This document shows, piece by piece, positions 24,101-36,573 of a DNA stretch of 64,000 nt. Position 1 is the stretch's first letter. Each line of letters opens with the position of its first letter. Source of the stretch: Scenedesmus sp. PABB004 (taxonomy: Eukaryota). A program made the translations under genes and the position numbers. The stretch covers positions 3,720,001-3,784,000 of the forward strand of contig CM026547.1 of assembly GCA_014905635.1 (NCBI GenBank), given 5' to 3'. The notes beneath the pieces are model-generated. The model saw only the letters and a program-made list of their open reading frames with translations, made no database searches and was not told where the DNA came from.

Positions 24101-25688
24101 ATGGGCAACGCCTCCTCCCGCAGCGACCGCGTGTATGGCGACTACGAGAAGTGCTTCGAGCGGGTGGAGAGCTCGGTGGCGGCCGTGAAGGCGCGGCGGC
24201 GCGCGGCGGGCCCGCGGCGCGCTCCCGCACGCACGCCTCACGCCGCGCGACCGGCGCAGGCCCGCGCCGCGGCGCGCGCGCGCCGGCGGGAGGCGCTGGG
24301 GCGCTGGGCGTCGGTGGGCGTCTCGCTGGCGCTGGCGCTGGCCGCGGCGGTCATCTACCAGGTGCGCGCAGCACAGCGGCAGCGGCGCAGCGCCGGGCGC
24401 GGCGCTCACCCCCCCGTCACCCCCGCGCCGCGCCCGCCGCCGCGCAGGTGCAGCAGCAGCCGCCGGGCACGTTCACGTACCAGCAGCACTTTGCGCGCGT
24501 CGGCGGCGCGCTCGCGCTGCCGGCGGCCGCGGGCGCGCTGCACTGGCTCGCGGCGCTCGCGCTCGGCGTGCTGCAGCGGCGCGACGCGGCGCGCGTGAAG
24601 CGGCTGGAGGGCATGAAGCGCAGCATGGTCAAGGAGCTCAAGGTGCGCCGCCGGCGCGGCGCGGGCCGGGCGCGCCGCGCGGCGCCGCGGCGGCAGCGCG
24701 GGCGCGCGCGGGGGCTGCCCGGCGGCGGCGGCGGCCGCGCCCGGCGCCCGGCCCACGCACACAGCGGCATCTCGCAGGACATGTCGCGCTACGATCGCAT
24801 CAAGACGCTCATCGACAAGTACGACCCCGACGCGCGGCCGCCGCCGCCGCCGTTGCCTGCGGCGGCGGCAAACGGTGCGCGCGGCGGTGGGCGCGCGCTG
24901 CACGCGCGGCGCCCGCGGCGCGGGTGCGGCGCCGACCGCCGCCGCCCCCGCTCCGCGCGCAGGCATGCGCCGCCACGGCGGCCCGCGCGGCGGCGCTGGC
25001 GGCGGCGGCGGCGCGCAGGGGGGCCGGGGCCGGCGATGCCCGCGCTGCTGATGAAGGGCTCGGGCCAGGTCGCGGGCGCGGCGGCGCTCGCGGTCGCGGG
25101 CGCGGGCAAGGCGCTGGTGCCGCTGTTTGACAAGCTCGCGACGTCGCTCATCTCCGACAACCCCATGCTGCTGGAGGACCTCCGGTGGGGGCCGCGGCGT
25201 GGCGCGGCGCGGCGGCGCACGACCGCCGCGGCCGGCGGCGCACCCCGCGCCCGCGCGCCCACGCGCCGGCCGGCCGGCCGCCGCGCAGGCGCGCGCAGGT
25301 GCAGCTGCAGGACGCGGAGGCGCGCGCGATGGGCGCCCTGCACGAGAGCTGCGGCGTGCGGCTGGAGAACCTTCACCTCCGGCAGCGCCTGCTCGAGCTC
25401 GAGGGCGAGCTCGGCCTGCCGCCCTCGTTCGACGCGGAGGCGCTCGCCGAGGCGCTCGCCGCGCAGCAGGCCGCGGCGGCGCAGCTGCCGTGGTTCGCGC
25501 AGCAGTGCGCCGCGCCGGGGGCGGCGCCGGCGCCGCAGCCGCAGCTCGCGCTGCCGCAGCCCGGGGACGGCGCGACCGGCAGCGACGGCGCGAGCAGCGA
25601 CGGCGGCGGCGGCGCCATGGGCGAGGGCCTGGGCGAGGGCGGCGGCGAGCAGCTGGCCCTGGGCGGCGGCAAGCCCGTCGCGACGTAA
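24101..25688 (+). CDS. Lunapark-like ER junction protein with no recognisable zinc finger
   Basis: MGNASSR (myristoylation-type start), DYEKCFERVE, two hydrophobic segments, KRSMVKELK|DMSRYDRIKTLIDKYDPD, and LFDKLATSLISDNP follow the Lunapark layout as I recall it. Confidence 0.7.
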
Positions 25689-25871
25689 CAGCCCCTCGCG
25701 CTCTGGCCACAGGGGCTGCGCGCTGCCGCGCCCAGTGTCATCAGTGCATCGTCGCGCGGCGAGGCCAGCCCCGCGCAGCTCAGCAGCAACGCGCGTCGCC
25801 GCTGCTGCTGCTGAACGCCGCTCGCCCAGCCAGCCACGTGCGGTCGCGCCGGCTCTCCCGTGCTCCCGACG

Positions 25872-27212
25872 ATGCATTGCCGCTCGACGACGATGCGCAG
25901 CAGCATCAGCAGCAGCGTAGTGCGCGCCGCCGGGCGCGGCGCACGCGTGGTCGCCGCTGCTGCCGCGCCGCCGCCCAGCCCGCGCGCCGCCGGGCGCGGC
26001 GCACGCGTGGTCGCTGCTGCTGCCGCGCCGCCGCCCAGCCCGCGCGCCGCCGGGCGCGGGGCACGCGTGGTCGTCGCCGCCGCAGCGCCGGCGCCCGGGC
26101 CCGGGGGGTCGGTGCGCGTGCCTCGCGCGCCCGAGGCGCAAGTGAGCCAAGCTGCGGCGGCGGTCGAGGCGGCCTGGCGGGCGGGCATCAAGCGCCAGCG
26201 CGTCGAGCTGCTGCTGCCGCTCATCGGCGCGACCGACCTGGACGACTGGCCAGGCGGCATACGGCAGCAATTCAAGGCCGCCGCGCCGCTGGTGGAGGGC
26301 CTGCTGAAGCAGCTGAAGCAGATTGACGAGCTGCGCGGGCCGCTCGACGTGCAGATCTGGGACCAGGGCGACGCGGGTGCGAGCCGCCGCAAGCTGCATG
26401 CTGGCGCCGCGCCGCCCCTCCCGCGCCGCGCCGCCCGCACGCCGCGCCGCCCGCACGCAGCGCCGCCCACCCCGCGCCCCGCGCCGCCCGCGTGCGCGCC
26501 GCAGTCGGCGCTTGGTTTGGCGACAAGCTCGCTGCGGTGCTCTTCCCGACCGCCGACGTGTACGAGCAGCTCAAGGCGCTCGCGGAGCGCGACCCCGCCC
26601 CGGAGCTGCTGCTCATCGTCAACCCCCAGTGGGAGCTGCAGGTCCGCCCGCGCGGCGCCGGCGGCCGCGCGGCGCCGGCGGCGCCGGCGCGCCCGCGCCG
26701 GCGGCGCAGGCGCGGCCTGAGCGTGCGCCACGCCGCGCCGCGCCGCGCCGCACCTGGGCAGGGCAACCTGCGCAACGACTTTGGCTGGGGCAGCCGCAAG
26801 GACGCGGCGCTCGCGCTGGTGGAGTCGTTCACGCCGACCTACTGGCTGCGCCAGAGCCGCGTGGCCGGCGACGACCTGCGCGTGCTGCGCGCGCACCCTG
26901 GGCAGTGGCAGGTGTGCGCGCGCGCGCGCGCGCCGCGCCTGCGCGCGAGCTGACCGAGCTGTGCGCGCGCTGACCGAGCTGTGCGCGCGCTGACCCAGCC
27001 GCGGGCGCTGCGCGCTGCTGCAGGTGCACCTCGTCGCGCGCGACGGCAGCGACCGGCTGCTGCAGAGCTTTGCGGAGCAGCCGACGTACGCGCAGCTGAC
27101 GGAGACGCTCAAGGCCCTGCCCGAGGCGGCCATCAACAAGAGCCTCATCGACCGCCTCCGGGACGAGGCCAAGTGGCTGCAGGACTCGACGACGCAGCAG
27201 CCCAAGCAGTAG
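25872..27212 (+). CDS. DUF1995-family protein, probably plastid-targeted; 4 exons
   Basis: QAAAAVEAAWRAGIKRQRVELLLPLIGATDLDDWPGGIRQQF, LLLIVNPQW, DFGWG, LRVLRAHPGQWQV and EQPTYAQL motifs; Arg/Ala/Ser-rich N-terminus. Start is 25872 or 25893. Confidence 0.8.
25919..26090 (+). repeat. Three 60-bp tandem repeats in the predicted transit peptide
   Basis: The lines starting at 25921, 25981 and 26041 are near-identical and encode RAAGRGARVVAAAAAPPPSP. Confidence 0.9.
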
Positions 27213-27400
27213 TGACGCGCGGCGCGCGGCGGGCCGGGGCGGGCGCTGGCGTGCGGGGGGCTGGCGCGCGGGCGCGGCGCGTGCGAGCCGGCGAGTAACT
27301 GGTCCCGGCGAGCGCGCCCGTCGCTCGTTGAGGTCACACGGCGCGCGCCATGGCAACGCCGCGCGCTCGGCGCGCTCGCCACGCTGCGCGCGCCGCCAGC

Positions 27401-28717
27401 TCACCCGCGGCAGTCCTTGCCCTGCGCGCACATCTCCCACTCGGGCGGCGGCCAGCCGAGGTTCTTGGGGTCGAAGTGGCACTGGCTGTGGTGCATCCAG
27501 AGCGGGTGCGTCGCCCGGAACTGGCGCGCGAGGTCGGTCTCCGTCTTGTGCACGACCATGGCGTTGCAGAAGCAGGGCTCAGACGTGAGCGCGCGCCAAA
27601 ACCAGGTGTTGAAGAAGGGCTGCTTGTGCTCGCCGTGCGTCGCGTACACGGGCGCGATGCCGGCGTAGCCCGCGGCGAGCGTGCCGATGGAGCTGCTGGG
27701 CGTGAGGATGATGTTGGCGCACTTGGATAGCAGCATCCAGTCCACGATCGCGCTCAGCTCCGTCCCCGGGTTGCCCGCCGCGGTCTTGCCGTCCGCCGCG
27801 AGCCCCTCCTCGGTCGCCTTGGACCACCACACCAGCCGCGGGCGCAGCGCGGCGGCCATGTCGTCAAAGAGGCGCGCGTCGACGGCGAGGAAGACCGTGC
27901 CCGGCCGCGACCCCGTGATCGCGCGCGCGATGCCCGCAAACTGCTCGACCTTGGCGCTCGTGCCGGGCTTGCGCGTGCGCATGTGCATGCCGACGGCGCA
28001 CTTCTCCGACAGGTGCGCGTACGGCGCCATCGCCTCGAGCACCACGGGCTTGGGCTTGAGCAGGTACGTCGACAGGCGGTGGAAGACGTCGCCGTCGGGG
28101 AAGAGCCGCTCAAAGTGGCGCTGCAGCGTGGGGTTGATCTGCAGCATCGGCACGTCTGCGCGCGCGGCGCAGCGCGCGGCGCGCGCGGCGCGGCATGGGC
28201 GGCGCGGGGCGGGCGGGCGGGGCGGGCGCGCAGCGCGAGCGCCGCGCCGCCGCGGCGCCGGCGTGCGCGCCGCACCGTAGTCCCAGCGGCACGTCGACAC
28301 CAGCACCGGCGCGTCGGTCGGCTGCCCTGGGCGGCCGCAGAACTTGAGCCCCGGGTCGGCGAGGCGGGTGAAGTGGGAGATGTCACACGACGGCACGCCG
28401 TCGTAGAGCGACGAGTGCTCGGTCCACTGCGTCGGCATCGGCGTCTCCATGAACTCGTGCAGCGTCGACTCGAGCAGGAACACGCGGCCCGTGAGCAGCG
28501 CGATCGCAAACGCCGCGACCACGCCCGGCACGCGGTTGCCGAGGCCGTGGCCCTGCCCCGTCTGGCACCGCATCGTGCGCGCGCCCTTGGTCTTGGCGGC
28601 GAGCACCGAGAGCTGCCACGCGCGGTGCGTCGCCAGCAGCATGTCCAGGTCGATCTGGGCGTCCAGGTCGTACGGCATGCCGTCCGCCGGGCCGCCGGCG
28701 GACGGCGGCGGCGGGGG

Positions 28718-28749
<32 letters not shown>

Positions 28750-28918
28750 TCACCGCCGTCGCCGCCGCTGCTGCTGCCCCGCCGTCCGGCGGCGCCTGCA
28801 GCAGCGCTCTGACGCCGCCGTCCAGCGCCTGCTGCAGCGCATGATGGTGTGCCTCATGTGGGCTGCCCGGGACGCCGCGCAAGGCCAGCGCCAGGAGCAG
28901 CAGGCGCGCTCCGCGCAT
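27401..28918 (-). CDS. Fucosyltransferase, GT37 (xyloglucan FUT)-like; one intron ~28156-28275
   Basis: N-terminal signal/anchor and Pro-rich stem, then GHGLGNRVPGVVAAFAIALLTGRVFLL, AVGMHMRT and AIVDWMLLSKCANIILTPSSSIGTLAAGYAG. Confidence 0.8.
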
Positions 28919-29619
28919 GGGGGCCCTCCGCGGCCCGTGCGGCGCCCAGCAGCCCAGCGCGCCCGGGTGTTTAGCGTCTGTGCGTGACAGGCGAGGTGTT
29001 GAGCAGCAGCGGAGCTCTGCCGGCGAACTCTGCGCGGCGCGCACTGTCTGCGCCGGCTCGCCGCGCAGAGAGGCGCGGCCTGGGCACGTCAGTTATGGCG
29101 GCGCGCTTTTGGTTTGACGATGTGTCGGGACGCATGGGGACGGATCGTCCACGAGCAGCAGGGACTGGGTTCAAGCGTCGCCAGCTGCTGCTGCGCGCGT
29201 GCATGCTCTCCCGCGCAGTGTGGATGCAGCTCAGGTCGGCGGAGCATCCGCCGCGGCTCACCACGCCGCGCCGCGGCGTCCCTGCTGCGCGGACGCCGCT
29301 GCTGCTGCCGCGGTGACGCCACGAGCCGCCGCCCGCCCGCGCGCGACAGCACCGCCCTTACCCTTCCCCCAGAGCCACCCCCGGCGTCGCCGCGACACAG
29401 GGCCCCGCGCGCCGCGGGCTGCAGGCAGCCGCGCCAACCGCCGACAACCGCCGATACTCCCACGCTCACACGCGTGCGAGCCCCCATCAATGGTTGTGAT
29501 GATGCGGGGGCGGCGCCGGCCAACCAGGGCGGCGGCGCGCGCCCCGCGTGTGCAGCAGCAGCCCCCGCCCCCGCGCCCGCGCTCCCACCAGCCTGCGCCG
29601 CGCGCGGCGGCCGCTCAGC

Positions 29620-29797
29620 TCAGCTCTGCACGAGCTGCGCCGGCGCGGGGCAGGGCCCAAAGTCGTGGATGATCTCACGGTGGCAGCTCCACACGAGGCG
29701 GATGGCCTCGGGCGTGCCGATGCCCGCGCCGCGCGGGTCGCCGGCGGGGCCAAACCAGTGGTTCTGCGGCGCGCCGGTCGTGCGCGCGCGGATGCCT

Positions 29798-29831
<34 letters not shown>

Positions 29832-32455
29832 GGGCGGCGCGCGTCGGCAGGGGCGCGCGCGTGCCGGCGCGGGCCGGGGAGCCGCGCGCCCTCTTGCTTG
29901 GCGCGCGGCGCGGCGCGCGCGCGCACCCGCGTAGGTGGTGCCGTTGACGGTGTGCGCCAGCACCTCTTGCAGGAAGGGCAGGTCGTTGGACACGACCGCC
30001 GCGGTGAGGTGGTGGGCCATGCGCTCCAGCAGGTCCAGGACGCCGCGCAGCTGGTCGTCTGCGCGGCACGCGGCGCGGCACGGGCGCGGGGCGCGCTCGG
30101 CGCCGCGTGCGGCGCCGCCGCCGGGGCGGCTCCGGCGCGCCGCGCAGCGCGCAGACGGCGGCGGAGCGGCGCGGCGCGCGCCTGCGGCCCGCGCGAGGAC
30201 GGCGCGCGCGCGCGCGCGCACGCGCGTGCGCGGTCGCGTCTCACCGTCGTACTCTGTGACGACCTGGAAGGGCCCAAACACCTCTGTCGTGGCGAGCTCA
30301 AACGCGGCGGGGTCGCGCAGCGCCTTGAGGGGCACAAACACCGCGGTCGGTTCGATCGCGCCGTAGCACTCGGGGATGGCGTGGCCCTCCAGCGCGCGCC
30401 CGCCCCACAGCAGCTGCGCGCCCGGGAGCGCGAGCAGCCTCTGCGTGTGCTCCAGCATCGCGCCCGTGGTCCAGGTGAGCACGGGGCCGATCGTGAGGTC
30501 GGCCAGGCGCCGCGCCGCCGCGCGCGCGCGCATGCGATCCAGCAGGCCGGCCTGCGCCGCGGCGGCGCGGCGCGCGTGGGCGCGCGGCGCGCGCGGCGTG
30601 CGTGGGCGCGCGACAGAGGCAGCGCCGCCGCGGCCGCGGCCGCCGGGGGTACGCCGCCGGCAGCAGCACCTTGCGCCAGTTGGTGTGCATGACCATGAAG
30701 CTCTGCGCGCTGCACTTCTGGCCGCTGCACGCGTACGCGTCCTGGTCCGCCTGCCACGCGACGTAGTCGACCTCCGACACGTCCGGGCCAAGCACCTTCC
30801 AGTCAAAGCCCGCGTCCTCCAGGAACACCTGCGGCGGCGCGCCGAGGCGGCACGCCGCTGCTCAGCGTCGCGGCGCAGCGCGGCCGGGGCCGCCGCGGCG
30901 CAGCGGCACCGCGCCGGCCCGCCCCTGAGGGGCGCTGCGCGGGCCCGCCCCTGAGGGGCGCACCTTGCCCTTGAGGTCGACGGCGAGCCGCTCGGCGACG
31001 CGCTGGCTGCCGGTGAAGAGCGTCGAGCGTGGCACGCCGGAGAGCAGCACCGCGTGCATCGCGGCGCCGCCGCCGTGGAGCAGGTCGGCGTCGGTGCGCG
31101 GCATGCCGCAGTGGTGCAGCAGGCGCAGCAGCTGCTCCATCACGATGCTCACCTGCGCGCCGCGGCGGCGGCCGGTGCGCAGCGGCCGTCGCCGCTGCGC
31201 GCCGCCCCGCGCCGCCCCACGCCGCGCGCCACCCCTCGCCGCGCGCGGCCCCCTCGCCGCGCCGGCGCCGCACACACACACACCCTGTGGTCCACATGCA
31301 CGAGGGGCTTGTTCCCCATGAAGAGCGCGCCCATGAGCTGGAGGGCGGGGATCTCGAGCGGGAAGTTGAACGGCGTGATCAGCGCGACCGGCCCAAACGG
31401 CCAGCGCAGCCCGTTGCTCGTCTGCCCCGGGTGGTCGCCCGGCACGCTGAAGCCGCGCGCGAGGAAGCGGACCTGGCGGCGGCGGCGGCGGCCGCGCCCC
31501 CGCTCAGGTCGGGTCGGGTCGGGTCGGGTCGGGTCGGGTCGGCGCGGCCGGCGCCGCTGCAGCTGCCGCGCCCGGCCGCGGCGGCGCACTGCCGCGGCGC
31601 CGCCGCCGCCGCCGCGTGCGCGCCCGCGCGCCCGCCGCGCTTCCACGCGCGCTCCCGCGCGTGCTCCCGTGCGCGCGCCTGGTCGCCGGAGAAGTTCTCG
31701 AAGAAGCGCCGCGTGACGACCGTCTCGGCCATCGCCTGCGCGTGCGACTTGGGGCTGGTGCGCTGGATGATGCGGGCAAAGAACTCTGCGACCTCGGGCT
31801 TGCGCATCTCCTCCGCGACGCGCGCGCACACCGCGCCGTACATGGTGTACCTGGGGAGGGAGGGCCCGCGGGGCGGGGGGGGGGGGGGGGCGGCGCGGCG
31901 TGGGCGGGCGCGCGGCGGCGGCGGGGCGGGCGCCCTGCGGCACGCCGTCGGCGTGCGGGCGCGGGCCGGCGAGCGCCGCCGCTGCGGCGGGGGCGCGCAC
32001 CGCTCCGGGTTCTTCAGCGGGTTGTGCAGGCCGCTCTTGGGGCACTGCCCGAGGCTGGCCACAAACGGCGCGACCTCGTCGGCGGCCGTGTCGGGCAGGC
32101 GGACAAACGGCTCGCCGTTGAGCGGGTCAGGGATCGCCCGCGTCTTGGCCGCGCTGCTCCAGCGCCCCGCCACTGCGACGGCGCGGCCGCGGCGGCGGCA
32201 GGGGTGGCGGCGGCGGCGGCGCAGGGGCGCCGGCCGGCTCGTTGCCCGGCTGGCGCGCGGCACCAGCAGCGCTGGCGGCGGCACGCGCGCCACACCCAGG
32301 TTGAACGCCTCCGCGGGCTTGTCGCCCGACCAGGCGTCGGGGTCGACGGTGGCCCACGACGACAGCAGGCGCCGGCCGCCCACGGCCGCGCCCAGGGCCG
32401 CGGGGGCGCCCGAGAAGAGGCCGCGCACGGCCTGGACCGCCACGGCGGGCAGCAT
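29620..32455 (-). CDS. ALDH12A1: Delta-1-pyrroline-5-carboxylate dehydrogenase (ALDH12), mitochondrial
   Basis: CPKSGLHNPLKNPERY, RWPFGPVALITPFNFPLEIPALQLMGAL, LFTGSQRVA, LEDAGFDWKVLGPD, AYACSGQKCSAQS, EVFGPFQVVTEY and TTGAPQNHWFGPAGDPRGAGIGTPEAI. Confidence 0.96.
31507..31541. repeat. (GGGTC)n pentanucleotide repeat, about 7 units, intronic
   Basis: Read directly from the sequence. Confidence 0.85.
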
Positions 32456-32943
32456 GGTCGCGCGCGCGCGGTGACAGGCGCGGACGAATGCCCAGGCGCC
32501 GCGCTCTCTCGGGCCGGCGAGGCGCCGCGGGCGCGTGCTGCACGGCGACGCGGGGCGCGGAGCAGCAGCGGCCGACGCGCACGCCGGCGGGCAAGTGTAA
32601 TTTGGGGCGATCGAGCGCGGCGCCAGCCGGTGGCGATACGGCGGGCTGGACACGGACCAGGAGCGGGCGGGGCGGGGACGGCGGCGAGCGTGCCGGCGCG
32701 GCGGCGCAAGGGAGCGGTTGCGGCGCGGCGGCCGCCCGGCGATCAGGGCGTGCGATCTTGCCGCCATCACACTCCACTTCTCTCTGCTACGGCCGCGGGC
32801 CCGCCGCCAACGGACGAGCCGGCGGGGCACCAGGCGCCGCCGCAACCGCCGCCGCCGAGGCGCCCGCCCGTCAGCGCCCGCCCAGGCGCCGCTGGCAGCC
32901 GCCTGGCGCGCGCACCATGACGGCCTGAAAGGCCGGAAGCGCC

Positions 32944-35900
32944 ATGCCGGGCTGCGGACGGCGGCGGCGCGCCGGCGCGCCGTCGGCTGCGGCGGCGCTG
33001 CTCAGCGTCGTCGCGCTGCTCGCGCGCGCCGTCGCGGCCGGGGCGGTGGCGGCGGAGGACGTGCACGTCGTGTTCCTGACCGACTGCACCTCCTACTCCG
33101 ACTGGCAGACGCTGGGCATGGTGTTCAGCTGGAAGGAGGCGGGGCAGGTGCGCGGCGGGCGGGCCCCGCGCCGGCGGCGCGGCTGCGGCCGCCGGGGGCG
33201 CCGGCGGTCACCGGGGCAGCCGCGGCGGCGGGCCCACGCGCACGCCGCCGCCGCCGCCGCGGCCGCCGCCGCGGCCGCCGCCGCGGCCGCGGCCGCAGGC
33301 GGGCCCGCTGAGCAAGGTCATGTGCTGCACGCCGGCCGAGGCGGCCGCGTACCGCGCCGACATGCTGGGCATCGTCAAGACGCACGTCGCGCCGAGCTTT
33401 GCGGTCCACCCGCGCAGCCACGACGAGTACCCGGCGTACAACAAGCCCGAGGCGGTCGTCGACTGGCTCGCGCACGTCACGCCGGCGCAGGAGTGGCTGC
33501 TCGTGCTCGACAGCGACATGCTGCTCCGCCGCCCCTTCCTGCTGTCCGACTTCAACCTCACGCGCGGCTCCGCCGTCGGCGCCAAGTACGACTATATGAT
33601 CGGCGTGAACAACGCGCTCGCGGACCGCCACATCCCCGAGATCCCGCCCCGCAACGACAGCGCGGCGGGGCCGCCCGGGCGGCGCAGCGACCGCGTCGGC
33701 GGCTTCTTCTTCATACACCGCGACGACCTCAAAGCGCTCGCGCCGCTCTGGCTCAAGTACACGGAGGACGTGCGCGCCGACCCCGAGGTGCGTGCGCGGG
33801 CGGGCGGCCGCGCGCGGGGGTGCTCGGCGGCGCCCGCTGCCGCCGCGCCACACACCGCGCCGCACGCCGCGCCGCACCGCGCCGCACAACACGTGTTCAC
33901 GGCAGGCGTGGCGGCTCACGGGCGACGTGTACAGCAAGCACCCGGGGGACAAGCCCTGGATCAGTGAGATGTACGGCTACAGCTTTGGCGCCGCAAAGGC
34001 GGGCGTGTGGCACACGTACGACGAGGAGTCGATGCTCTACCCAGGGTACCTCCCAAACGGTGCCTTTGTTCAACACACGCGCGCCGCGCCGCGCTGTGGC
34101 GCGCCGCAGGGGGGCCCGCGCACCGCACCGCGCCGCGCCGCGCCGCCCACGCGCCGCCGCTGGGCGCGCCGCCCCCGGCGCGCGCGCCCCGCCCCGCCAG
34201 GCGTGCCGCGCGTACTGCACTACGGGCTGCTGTTCAGCGTGGAGCACAAGCGCGGGCGCTGGTCGTACGACAAGCACTGGTACCACTCCTTTGACGTCCA
34301 CAAGTGCCCGCCCTGGGACCTGGCGGCGGAGCACCCGCAGGAGGGACTCTTCCCAGCGCCGCCGGGGCCAGACGACCTGCTCGACAACGTGCGCCCCCGC
34401 GCGCCGGGCGCCGCGCGCGCTGCGCCGCGACAAGCCCGAAACAAGCGCCGCACACAGCAGCTGCCGCACGCGCGGCGCCCTCGCGCGCGCGCGCGCCGCC
34501 CGAGCCGCCGCGCCCGCCCGTCCGCCCGCGTCCCGCCCGCGTCCCGCCGCCAGCTGACGCGGGCGGAGCGGCACCGCGACCTCATCGCCATCAGCGTCGT
34601 GCACACGCTCAACGCCGCGCTGTGTGAGTTTCACCTCGCGCACTGCCCGCCGAGCGAGCAGCTCAGGGCCGCGTGCGACGCGGCGGCGGCCGTGTACGCG
34701 GCGACCAAGGCCGCGGTGCGCGCGATGGACGTGGAGATGTCGTGCGTGGACCAGCTGGTGCGCCGCGCCGTGCCGCGCCGCGCGGGCTGCAGCCGCGCCG
34801 CGCGGGGCCCGCCCGCCGCCGGGCCGGCGCGGTGGCCGGCGTGCCCTGCTGCGCGCTGGACGCGCGCCGCCGCCGCCGCGCCGCCGCGCAGCCGGACAAG
34901 TGCAAGACGTGGGCGGACGCGGGCGAGTGCACCAAGAATGCGGGCTTCATGCATGCCTCGTGCCGCAAGTCATGCAATGCCTGCAAGCCCCTCGTCTTTC
35001 CGCCGCCCCGCGTGCTGCTGGCCGACGCCGACCTGGCCGCCACGGGGCACATGGCCGCGCACGTCACCGGCGGCGCGGCGGCGGCCGGCGCCGTGGCTGG
35101 CGGCGGCGGCGCGGTGGACGCGGCGGACGCCGAGGACGGCGCGGACGACGCCGCCGAGGCGCCGAGCCCGCCGCCCCCACCGCCGCCGAGCCCCCCGCCG
35201 CCGCCGAGCCCACCGCCCCCGCCGCCGCCGAGCCCGCCGCCGCCCCCGAGCCCGCCGCCGCCGCCGCCGCCGCCCCCGAGCTGGGAGAGCCTGCTGCGCG
35301 CGAAGCACCCGCCGGCGAGCATGGCCTACAGAGACCTCATACACCGGTGAGCGCGCCGCGCAGCCGCGCAGCGCGGGCCGCAGGCCCGGGCGGCGCCGCG
35401 CTGGCAGCAGCGCGCGCCGGCGCGCCGCGCGGGCGGGCCAGCGCGCCGCCCGCGCGCTGGCTGGCGGCGGCCCGCCGACCGCCCGCGCACCGACCGTTCG
35501 CGGCGCGGCGGCGCAGGTGCTACAAGATGGCCGGCCTGACGATGCCGGAGGTCAAGGACTGCGTCAAGTGCGCCGCGCTGGGACTGCAGTTCCTTGAACC
35601 CCACCCCGGCGCGGCCGCCGGCGCGGGGACGCTCGCGGAGCAGCTGGCGCGCGACCTCGCGGCCATGGTGCGCCGGCCGGGGCGGCGCGCGCGGCAGCGT
35701 GGTGGCGCGGCGCCAGGCCGCACGGCGCAGGCGCGGCACCGACGCCCGCCCCCGCGCCCGACGGCGACGCCCGCCCCCGCGCCGCAGGACGTGTCGCCGC
35801 CCCCGCCGCCGTCGCCGCCGCCGCCCCCGCCGCCGCCGCCGCCCGCGCCCGCGGGCGAGGAGGGCGCTGCGGCGCTGGGGCGCGCGGGCGGCGCGCGGCT

Positions 35901-36069
35901 GCGGGGCGCCAAGGTGCACCTGCGCCTCGGCGACGCGCGCCCCGGCGCGCCGCGCGTGAGCACGGCCGGCGCACTGATCCTGTGGCTCATCCTGGTGGCG
36001 CTGTTCTTGCTTCTGCTGCCGCTGATCTTCCGGCGGCGGCGCGCCAAGTCGGGGCAGCGCAGCGACTGA
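32944..36069 (+). CDS. Peptidyl-serine O-alpha-galactosyltransferase (SGT1/SERGT1, GT96)-like; also has an ShKT domain, SP-rich stalk and C-terminal TM
   Basis: Signal peptide; HVVFLTDCTSYSDWQTLGM; HPRSHDEYPAYNKPEAVVDWL; LVLDSDMLLR; WISEMYGYSFGAA; LHYGL; ShKT-type CVDQLPDKCKTWADAGECTKNAGFMHASCRKSCNAC; TM ALILWLILVALFLLLLPLIF followed by RRRR. Confidence 0.85.
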
Positions 36070-36573
36070 CGCGCGGCCGAGGGAGGGGCGCGCGCGGGCG
36101 CGGGCGGGGTAGGCAGGGCGGGGTAGGCAGGCCGGGCGGGCGGCGGAGCCGTGTGAACTGCGAGCGAGCCCTGCGGCGCGGTCAGGCGGCGGCTGGCGGC
36201 GAGGACGGCCGGCCGTTTCCGTGGCAGCTCCGCCCGCTGCGATGCCCGCGCCCTGCCCCCCGTCGCCCGCCGTGCGTGCTCGTGCGCGAGCTGCACGCTC
36301 GACGCGGCGTATGAATCAGGAGGCGGGCCACGGGCCCGCACGACAGGGACGGGAGATGACCAGGCGGCCGCGTGCCAAAATCGCGCCCTGCCCAGGCGCG
36401 GCAGCCTCGCTCGCTCACCCGATCTCCTCGTCTGCATCGCCGGTGCCATGACGCGCACTGAGTAGCCTTCGATAGCGCCACCGCCGAAGAGCTCGTGCCG
36501 ACACGCGCTCCGACACCTCCGCTCGCAGCCGACGCCACCGTCCCGGGCCCGTCGAGCTCCCGTCCGACACGGC

